Assembly: GCA_963704655.1 (NCBI GenBank)
Contig: OY969927.1
Location: 224,001-288,000 of the forward strand
Source: an uncultured Candidatus Babeliaceae bacterium
GTDB lineage: Bacteria; Babelota; Babeliae; Babelales; Babelaceae
Length of the DNA: 64,000 nucleotides
Reading direction: 5' to 3'
Part shown: piece after piece, positions 59,201 through 64,000 of the stretch
Numbering within the stretch: position 1 is the stretch's first letter
Layout: each line of letters begins with the position of its first letter
Translations under genes and position numbers: made by a program
Notes under the pieces: model-generated
Database searches by the model: none
Told to the model about the DNA's origin: nothing
What the model saw: only the letters and a program-made list of their open reading frames with translations

Positions 59201-59388
59201 GCTATAAACAGTTGTATATAATGATGCTTAATGAACAGCAAAAAGATCATTCGGTATTACATGAATATAAAAAACGCGTAGAAACACTCGAGACACAAAA
59301 TAATGAGTTTACGCAAACCATCACAACAATGCAGCAGCAAATTAATGATCTCCAGGATAAAATGAACAAACTTGGGCTGTTCCCTTGA
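47299..59388 (+). CDS. Giant secreted fibre protein 3 (4029 aa; (A/S)xx repeats, LVIVD repeats, head repeats, one S74 domain)
   Basis: Signal peptide; YDVSNPLDP, FNVSNPAN and VNISNPNA LVIVD-like units at about 51.7-52.6 kb; SSRRYKENI at 59008. Confidence 0.88.
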   Translation: MKQYLYAAIAAVVLFVASLQAEITSLDKAYGVLQELEMFAQGDQLEASSDSVMLALDELIRYLESDTLLSANVRLDISKKINVLVKKINLQTRAPRLDAPEIHETTILNENYYPTRDLYLRNLLITGSLILNGQQIGGGGSVPSNLYVLKAGDTMTGDLTMADQHGIVFDDTNSGSITITAPAAVSPAGTNYTFELPINAGGNGQVLTTDGGNPAMLSWQPVTAIVTATIQLYGDVVGSTSATKVAFVCGVPACNIVQTYSTVLSATSANQCGTLVLRDSNCNFSANLITATVTNALLSQTALYATNSLLSVTSQYAQNAGSTNFAFTSSLAQYALTSLTSTSAQYATNSLLSVTSQYAANAGSTNFAFTSSLAQYALTALTSTSAQYATNALLSVTSQYAANAGSTNFAFTSSLAQYALTALTSTSAQYATNSLLSVTSQYAAVAGATNFAYTSSSALLSTSAQYANVAGFTNFALTASSALLSTTAQYAAVAGATNFAYTSSSALLSTSAQYANVAGFTNFALTASSALLSTTAQYAAVAGATNFAYTSSSALLSTSAQYANVAGFTNFALTASSALLSTTAQYAAVAGATNFAYTSSSALLSTSAQYANVAGFTNFALTASSALLSTTAQYAAVAGATNFAYTSSSALLSTSAQYANVAGFTNFALTASSALLSTTAQYAAVAGATNFAYTSSSALLSTSAQYANVAGFTNFALTASSALLSTTAQYAAVAGATNFAYTSSSALLSTSAQYANVAGFTNFALTASSALLSTTAQYAAVAGTTNFAYTSSSALLSTSAQYANVAGFTNFALTASSALLSTTAQYAAVAGATNFAFTSSLAQYALTALTSTSAQYATNSLLSVTSQYAANAGSTNFAFTSSLAQYALTALTSTSAQYATNSLLSVTSQYAANAGSTNFAFTSSLAQYALTALTSTSAQYATNSLLSVTSQYAQNAGSTNFAFTSSVAQYALTSLTSTSAQYATNALLSVTAQYAKNAGSTNFAYTSSSALYSTTAQYALTALTSTSAQYATNALLSVTSQYAATAGSTNFAYTSSSALYSTTAQYALTALISTSAQYATNALLSVTSQYAANAGSTNFAYTASSALYSTTAQYAQVANSANYICGVPACNLVNTYSQVLSGTSYDIPLKLVLRDSTGSFAATTVTLTGALRLQNANGNLTTLEAGAQSFAPVYTLILPTTIGGDNQVLTTDGNNPANLFWQPVSAITTSTILLYGDVTGSSTANRVTTICGVPACNLVNTYSFVLSGTSADIPLTLVLRDSTGSFAATTVTLTGALQLQNANGNLTAFQAGAQSFAPVYTLILPTSVGGDNQVLTTDGNNPANLSWQPVTAITTSTILLYGDVTGSSTANRVTTICGVPACNLVNTYSFVLSGTSADIPLTLVLRDSTGSFSATTITASSIIVDNQTLVVDPINHLVGIGTNQPALYPQGRLLERITPNIPSFSGIAPGSCSGDFINSSYIAQPSSIIGVNQVGIISINDPVNLNLVATINGGFPTQTRVTGTTLYVLNSAGFLSPRNSIARYDVSNPLDPVFVNEFNCLPFPGNIAVTSSNVYETDVLRGLFIYDSELDYLGSTTPFSAFSLAVSNDIALVGTLEGQLYAFNVSNPANIVPLGSLLFTNPVVDINIQGIYAFVSLATHNGIPGSVQIVNISNPNALTIANVLTTNLLSPIQTLIKNNILYVVDAVLNTINEYDITTITSPVFLTSYNNGTPLSSILSNSQNLYAIPTQGSLFALNPASEFLLTVTGDTLIGGILNLLPTGSGSGQIKIGGATVLHTFNGGTYVGPNAGNFSTINGIGNLESNNISEAQNSTAVGANSLANIISGFNNTAIGAQASQYLTNGNDNTAVGFATLLENNSGSQNTVVGSRALSGSDYLCTSTITVNDCTAVGFNALNVNNADQITAIGSGALQNNSTGLQNTALGYNALQGNIAGNTNTAVGHNSLNSAQNSSNNTVIGAESGTSSSLGSYNIYLGDSINFGGEGNTIRIGTQGVQAAAYMAGVTGNLQPSALPVTINSNGLLGVGNLITTSAIYFTGQLYGDVIGTQTATQVVTVCGVPACSLVNSYSKILLATSCDNASTLVERDETGSFEVTTITFTGNSLINYSSLGGCDTGQAFVFAPTNQNTIIGLGAGNNNILTGISNVALGYNALMSATAAFDNIAIGAFAGQSLVGGVDNIAIGTDALASTQQGFCNVAIGTSALMTATDVPTPKGLIPLQYNVAIGYQALMNTLAGEAAVSPFLPNKIFINTAVGSLALTTNISGNVNTAIGYSALTNNIVGSRNTAVGNSALSTVISGDGNTAIGSGANVYDPDAQNRTAIGSGAIAFVDNSIMLGSSAVQYIMPGGYNLTDLGYPPSNLLNNVQATQLNLYDSTDTIYAGITAPENYNYTYTLYMPVSQGFANQALMTDGNNPAQLSWGTIVTNSTQSCDIPSTLVLRDDTGSFAATTITLTGNSLINYSSLGACNTGSGFIFAPTNQNTLIGLGAGNSNILTGTNNTAFGYNALAAITSGYHNAAVGVGTLSALNYNSAYNTALGNFAGKHLLNGSYNVLLGYGAGAGFTNGNNNIAIGYQSLIQTATFCDNIAIGALALWNNSANQNLAIGSYALEYNTSGTGNSAIGYTALINSTTGNYNTAFGYLAGSNSLGSNNIYLGANVTGNSSDNGVIQIGNQGVQNAAYVAGIYNNLQMGEPVVITSSGQLGIGSYSNLINTATSCDNALTLVLRDSTGSFAATTITLTGNSLINYSSVGGCDTGQSFILAPTQGNTIIGLSTGTAITTGTNNIYLGANINKGNESGAIRIGNSNQTSAYVAGIYNNLQVGEPVVITSSGQLGIGSYSNLINTATSCDNILSLVLRDSTGSFAATTITLTGNSLINYSSVGGCDTGKSFILAPTQGNTIIGLNTGTAITTGTNNIYLGANINKGNESGAIRIGNSNQTAAYVAGIYNNLQVGEPVVITSSGQLGVGSSLNLINTATSCDYALTLVLRDSTGSFSATMVTLTGNTMVSYGTSPCDPTAFIFAPLQQNTLMGVNANSNSPLIGWNNTAYGYQALTNNLTGSDNVAVGNNALNSSSNFTGVQRSIAIGSQSMPNVGSSTVDNIAIGYQSLGNLVSAFDTSYGTRNIALGNQVMTNAQGNSTCIGIGYQALQNTNYSSDNIGIGTSALSQNSGSASNAHIAIGSNALESFNSTNLSGNIAIGYGAASALTTNTGSGSSDACIMIGYQAGATNPARSTASIYIGSNLNAPVAAEFDTIRLGAFPYSIAPAGVPAHNIAIGNSALSSPSLGAASNNTAIGYQALQNNTANQLTAVGSGALSANTGGIQNTAVGYYALNQVTTSTANTAVGYRALQNITTRFGGQVALGSLTLTSLSDGGQGNTGIGSSAFTLLTTGSINTGLGFNAGSGLITGTGNILIGAYTAQGLTSGANNIIIGQGAVAAASTASNNTIIGTLVGVNSTSSNNAAVGYQALQNDTAGNQVAVGYQAMQSNTAGIQNTAVGYQALNANTTGTSNVALGYQALANAKTINNFDNIAIGAFTLSGANILGDNIAIGVNALSNANYNQGQQIAIGSGALAANTGGTYNSAVGYQTLNANTTGVQNTAVGYQALQKNTTGYANTALGYYALNQNTIGDTNMAIGGLALQNASAQSYNTAIGYNTLIGANILSYNVAIGSSALSSPNNTQGQQTAVGYSALLNNTSGANNTAVGFQTLYENQTGSGNTALGLQALFKGTANSDNTAVGYYALFGNSGTLTAGQLTAVGSGALYNNSSGGQNVAVGYYALNSNTTGTANVALGTLALATNITGTANVALGYNAGAGATGNANTIIGSSAGSGVLSGNNIIVIGNGLVGGATPFTTYIAGISGATASGGVEVYCNTSSQLGTLNSSRRYKENIKDLGNFSDNIYKLRPVQFNYISDQEKWFEAGLIAEEVVDIYPQIIVYKDGEIETIRYKQLYIMMLNEQQKDHSVLHEYKKRVETLETQNNEFTQTITTMQQQINDLQDKMNKLGLFP
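48208..50664 (+). repeat. Coding tandem repeats: 126-bp units flanking 8 x 144-bp units (48622-49773)
   Basis: 42-aa YATNSLLSVTSQ..ALTSTSAQ and 48-aa YAAVAGATNFAY..ALLSTTAQ units. Confidence 0.92.
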
Positions 59389-59468
59389 CCTTACAAGAGG
59401 CGCATGTTAGAGAAACTATAAGTAATGAAATCGTTGAAGAAATTGAAATTTTAAAAAAGGATTTGTAT

Positions 59469-62400
59469 ATGAAGCAGATATTGTACACACTTTTGTTTTT
59501 TGGTTACGTAACGGCTAATATGGCAGAGCAGGAAAATGCTCTTGTCCCCCTGTATCGAATTGATGAAGATACCCAAGAAATCGATCTTGAACCATTTGGC
59601 TATTTTGTTATGGGTAACCGGTTTTGCACCACGGCACCCTATTATACCTTATTGTTACCACCAGCAATAGGTTTGCCCAATCAAGTTCTTGGTCTTGAAA
59701 ACAGTACTTCGGGGCAAATGACGTGGTTGACAACTGTGACCAGCTCAAATCAGCTCAATTTGATTTATAGCGCAACTTCATGTGATGTTCCATTGACGCT
59801 CATATTGCGTGACAACAATGGCAGCTTTGTAGCAACCACTATTACGCTTACGGGCGATAGTTTAATCAATTATGGTTCTGGCCCATGCACCGGTCAAAGC
59901 TTTATTCTTGCACCAACGCAAGGTAATACCATTATTGGTTTAAATACCGGCACTGCTATAACAACCGGTACGAATAATATTTATCTTGGTGCCAATATTA
60001 ATAATGGTAATGAAGGCGGCGCTATCCGTATAGGTAAACAAGGCGCGCAAATTGCTGCATATATTGCCGGTATTTATAATAACTTACAAGTTGGTGAACC
60101 GGTAGTTGTTACCAGCAGCGGCCAACTTGGCGTGGGTTCATATTCAAATCTCATTAACACCGCAACATCATGTGACAATGCATTAACACTTGTGCTGCGC
60201 GACAGCACCGGCAGCTTTGCAGCAACTACAATCACACTCACGGGAAACAGTTTAATTAATTACAGCACAATTGGCGGATGCGATAAGGGTGAAGGCTTTA
60301 TCTTTGCGCCAACAAATCAAAATACTCTTATCGGTTTGAATGCGGGGAATAATAATACGCTTACCGGTACAAGTAATATAGCACTTGGTTATGATGCTCT
60401 TGCAAGTATCACCGCAGGTTTTGACAATATCGCCATTGGTGCATTTGCTGGACAAAGTCTTATAGGTGGAGAGGGTGAAAATAGCTCTTATATTTTTAAT
60501 GGCGCAGCAGATAATATCGCTATTGGTGCAGGCGCATTAGCATCAACGCAACAAGGTTTTTCTAATGTTGCTATAGGAACTTCGGCATTGATGACCGGAA
60601 CAGATTTGGTGGTAAATGGTGGCATCTTTGCTGGAACTTATCCGATGCAATATAATGTTGCCATTGGGTATCAAGCGTCGATGAATGCAATTGCTTATCA
60701 GTTTTTTGGAGATTCAATTCTTGACCCACAACCAGAACCAATTATTAATACTGCAATAGGAAGTTTTGCCTTAACAAATAATATATCGGGCAATGTTAAT
60801 ACCGCCGTTGGCAACAGCGCATTAAGCGCTAATGTAATTGGAAGTTTTAATACCGCAGTGGGCGATTCGGCATTAAGTGCAAATGTTGATGCAGGAGATA
60901 ATACAGCGGTTGGTGTTTCGGCACTATTAACGGTTACTTCTGGTGGTAACAATACCGCAATTGGAGCAAACGCAGATGTTAATGATCAGTATGCACAAAA
61001 CAGAACTGTTATAGGCGCAGGGGCTTCTGGTACCGTTGATAACAGTGTCATGCTCGGTAATAGAGATATACAGTATATTATGCCAGGCGGCCTTGATAAC
61101 AGTACAGATCTTGGCTATGCACCAAGTAATCTTTTCAATAATGTGCAGGCAAAACAGCTTAATATTTATGACAGCAGTGATACAAACTATGCTGGCATTA
61201 ATGCGTACCCTTTAGGATATGCGTATACGTACACCTTACAAATGCCTATTAACCAGGGTTCTGAAAATCAGATGCTTTTTACCGATGGTAATAACCCAGC
61301 GCAACTTTATTGGTCAACAGTTCCAACTCCTACACTACTTACCCATGCAACAAGTGCCGATGTTCCAAATACACTCGTATTGCGTGATGGAACAGGGTCT
61401 TTTGATACCTATACCATCTCACTTGATTGCAGTTTAAAGCTCCCAGCAACAACGGCAACCTGTGGACAAATACAGCTTAATAACCAACCATTTATGCATG
61501 CTTATGGCACACAAAATGCCTTTTTAGGAACCAATGCAGGAAATTTTATATCCACAGGAGCATACAATATCGGTATTGGATATCAAGCTCTTTTTAATAA
61601 CACCAATGGGCAATCTAATGTCGCCATTGGCGCAAGTGCGCTTCAGGCAAACACCAGTGGGCAATCTAATGTCGCCATTGGCGTAAGTGCGCTTCAGGCA
61701 AACATCAGTGGTAATGAAAATATTGCCATTGGCGCAAGTGCGCTTCAAACTAACACAAATGGGTTCGCAAATATTGCCATTGGTGCATCTGCACTTTTAA
61801 GTAATACCAATGGCTCAAATAATATTGCATTAGGTTTGGCAGCGCTTTCAAATAATAATGGATATCAAAATATTGCCATTGGCACCGCCAGTCTTGAAAA
61901 TAACAGCAGCGGAAATGATAATATAGCAATTGGCAATACCAGCCTTCTTGCCAATATAACAGGAAGTGAACAAGTTGCTATTGGCTCAAATGCGCTCCAC
62001 AACAATACCACGGGGATAAATAATGTTGCTATTGGTTATCAAACTCTTCAAACAAATACTTCTGGATCAAATAATACAGCTTTAGGGTATGAAGCAAATG
62101 TTGGTAGCAAAAACCTTACTAATGCAACAGCAATTGGTGCACAAGCAATTGTCAATGCAAGCAACACTATTGTTCTTGGCAACAGTAGCGTAACTAATAT
62201 ACTTCCTGGAAACGATAGAACCGTTGATTTTGGTAGCAGCGCCGTTCGCTTAAATACTCTACATGCATTAACTGACCGGTTATATGACACCAATAATAAT
62301 TATGCGGCACTTACAGCGCCAATTGCAAATTATTCTCCAGGGTCTTATACGCTTCAACTTCCACTTTATCAAGGTTCTGCTAATCAAGTATTAAGCACAG

Positions 62401-64000
62401 ACGGTAATACCCCTGCGCAACTTTCATGGGTAACAACACTCACTAATAGTGCACAACTTAATTTGCTCTATACCGCAACTTCATGCGACAACGCATTGGC
62501 ACTTGTGCTGCGCGACAGCACCGGCAGCTTTGCAGCAACAACTATTACGCTCACGGGCAACAGTTTAATTAATTATAGCTCTGTTGGCGGATGCGATACT
62601 GGCCAAAGCTTTATTCTTGCACCAACGCAAGGTAATACCATTATTGGTTTAAATACCGGCACTGCTATAACAACCGGTACGAATAATATTTATCTTGGTG
62701 CCAATATCAATAATGGCAATGAAGGCGGCGCTATCCGTATAGGTAAACAAGGCGCGCAAATTGCTGCATATATTGCCGGTATTTATAATAACTTACAAGT
62801 GGGTGAACCGGTGGTTGTTACTAGCAGCGGCCAACTTGGTGTGGGTTCATACTCAAATCTCATTAACACGGCAACATCATGTGACAATATATTGTCGCTG
62901 GTTCTGCGTGACAGCACGGGCAGCTTTGTAGCAACAACTATTACGCTCACGGGCAACAGTTTGATTAATTATAGCTCTGTTGGCGGATGCGACAGCGGCG
63001 CCGGCTTTGTCTTTGCGCCGACACATCAAAACACTATTATTGGTCTTAATGCAGGTAATAGTAATAACTTAACTGGAACATCAAATGTTGCACTTGGTTA
63101 TCAAGCGCTTGCAAACAATATCACTGGGTATAATAACACTGCACTCGGGTTTGGCACGCTTGCAACCAATACTAATAAGAGCAACAACGTTGCTATCGGT
63201 ACCAACGCAATGGCCTCAGCTAATCCGTTGTTTGGAAACTCTGTTGCAATTGGCTATCAAGCACTTGCTCATGATCTTTCTGGCTACAACGTTGCCGTTG
63301 GCTCACAAGCATTAAGTGCAAATACTAGCGGATATGAAAATACAGCAGTTGGCACATTTGCTTTACAAGACAATAACTCAGGGACAGGAAACAGCGCATT
63401 TGGTGCTTCTGCGTTATCAGCAAATACATCCGGCGGTTCAAATACCGCAATTGGCACTTTGGCACTCAATGCTAATATGATTGGTAATTATAATACTGCA
63501 GTTGGTTCGCAAGCAATGTACGCAACAACAGCTGGTTATTATAATACCGCGCTTGGAATTAATGCGATGAACAGCGCACAGGCTTCTCATGACGTTGCTA
63601 TTGGATATAATTCATTAGGACTAGATAGTGCAGGGTTTAATGTAGCTGTTGGAGAGGCAACTTTATCTAACATAATAACGGGAACTTACAATGTTGCACT
63701 TGGTTATGAAGCTGGCGTAAACGCAGGAACAAGCACTTCAAATAGTATTTATATTGCAAATCAAGGTAATTCAACTGATAGTAACGTTACGTATATCGGT
63801 ACACAAGGAACGCAAACTGCTGCATATGTTGCGGGCATTTACAATAACTTACAAGTGGGTGAACCGGTGGTTGTTACCAGCAGCGGCCAACTTGGCATAG
63901 GTTCGTACTCAAATCTTATTAACACGGCAACATCATGTGACAATGCATTAACACTCGTTCTACGCGACAGCACCGGCAGCTTTGCAGCAACAACCGTCAC
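59469..64000 (+). CDS. Giant secreted fibre protein 4 (3'-truncated by window edge; absent from the ORF track)
   Basis: AAAGGA RBS; MKQILYTLLFFGYVTA...; the same frame reads TLVLRDSTGSF at the window end; shares modules with protein 3. Confidence 0.85.
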   Translation, partial: MKQILYTLLFFGYVTANMAEQENALVPLYRIDEDTQEIDLEPFGYFVMGNRFCTTAPYYTLLLPPAIGLPNQVLGLENSTSGQMTWLTTVTSSNQLNLIYSATSCDVPLTLILRDNNGSFVATTITLTGDSLINYGSGPCTGQSFILAPTQGNTIIGLNTGTAITTGTNNIYLGANINNGNEGGAIRIGKQGAQIAAYIAGIYNNLQVGEPVVVTSSGQLGVGSYSNLINTATSCDNALTLVLRDSTGSFAATTITLTGNSLINYSTIGGCDKGEGFIFAPTNQNTLIGLNAGNNNTLTGTSNIALGYDALASITAGFDNIAIGAFAGQSLIGGEGENSSYIFNGAADNIAIGAGALASTQQGFSNVAIGTSALMTGTDLVVNGGIFAGTYPMQYNVAIGYQASMNAIAYQFFGDSILDPQPEPIINTAIGSFALTNNISGNVNTAVGNSALSANVIGSFNTAVGDSALSANVDAGDNTAVGVSALLTVTSGGNNTAIGANADVNDQYAQNRTVIGAGASGTVDNSVMLGNRDIQYIMPGGLDNSTDLGYAPSNLFNNVQAKQLNIYDSSDTNYAGINAYPLGYAYTYTLQMPINQGSENQMLFTDGNNPAQLYWSTVPTPTLLTHATSADVPNTLVLRDGTGSFDTYTISLDCSLKLPATTATCGQIQLNNQPFMHAYGTQNAFLGTNAGNFISTGAYNIGIGYQALFNNTNGQSNVAIGASALQANTSGQSNVAIGVSALQANISGNENIAIGASALQTNTNGFANIAIGASALLSNTNGSNNIALGLAALSNNNGYQNIAIGTASLENNSSGNDNIAIGNTSLLANITGSEQVAIGSNALHNNTTGINNVAIGYQTLQTNTSGSNNTALGYEANVGSKNLTNATAIGAQAIVNASNTIVLGNSSVTNILPGNDRTVDFGSSAVRLNTLHALTDRLYDTNNNYAALTAPIANYSPGSYTLQLPLYQGSANQVLSTDGNTPAQLSWVTTLTNSAQLNLLYTATSCDNALALVLRDSTGSFAATTITLTGNSLINYSSVGGCDTGQSFILAPTQGNTIIGLNTGTAITTGTNNIYLGANINNGNEGGAIRIGKQGAQIAAYIAGIYNNLQVGEPVVVTSSGQLGVGSYSNLINTATSCDNILSLVLRDSTGSFVATTITLTGNSLINYSSVGGCDSGAGFVFAPTHQNTIIGLNAGNSNNLTGTSNVALGYQALANNITGYNNTALGFGTLATNTNKSNNVAIGTNAMASANPLFGNSVAIGYQALAHDLSGYNVAVGSQALSANTSGYENTAVGTFALQDNNSGTGNSAFGASALSANTSGGSNTAIGTLALNANMIGNYNTAVGSQAMYATTAGYYNTALGINAMNSAQASHDVAIGYNSLGLDSAGFNVAVGEATLSNIITGTYNVALGYEAGVNAGTSTSNSIYIANQGNSTDSNVTYIGTQGTQTAAYVAGIYNNLQVGEPVVVTSSGQLGIGSYSNLINTATSCDNALTLVLRDSTGSFAATTV

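Noticed and set aside
37230-64000. Diversity-generating retroelement or shufflon acting on the fibre genes
   Set aside because: No reverse transcriptase or invertase in the window, and no non-coding template repeat with adenine-specific differences was seen.
37230-64000. Prophage tail region
   Set aside because: The proteins have signal peptides, and there are no capsid, terminase, baseplate or lysis genes in the window.

Overview
AT-rich bacterial chromosome segment in the standard genetic code. The gene content suggests Candidatus Dependentiae/Babelota (TM6), a protist-associated lineage; this is inferred from the many signal-peptide orphans, an ankyrin protein and giant tail-fibre-like proteins, not from a marker gene. 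There are three parts. (1) 1.9-9.4 kb is a tRNA-Arg hotspot: one intact tRNA-Arg(TCG), one intact tRNA-Arg(CCT), one CCT/TCG chimera and three broken tRNA fragments. These frame a head-to-tail array of 0.7-1.3 kb gene cassettes, each ending in a GCACCA boundary (four share a conserved motif) usually followed by a CCA-anchored hairpin. A small GIY-YIG nuclease sits at the end of the array and no integrase is present in the window. This is the best candidate for an undescribed system. (2) 9.5-37 kb holds housekeeping genes (dnaA, pgk, lolC/E-like, rpiB, two trxB, sbcC, pmm/pgm, gap, tRNA-Ile2, rnhA, spoIID-like), a degenerate FtsH-like pair, and a two-gene nuclease islet inside a 43-bp inverted repeat. 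Short palindromic repeats, often nested, lie between genes and in frame inside three genes. (3) 37.2-64 kb holds four tandem giant secreted fibre proteins built from (A/S)xx repeats, 14-aa head repeats, LVIVD repeats and S74 chaperone domains; two of them carry two S74 domains.
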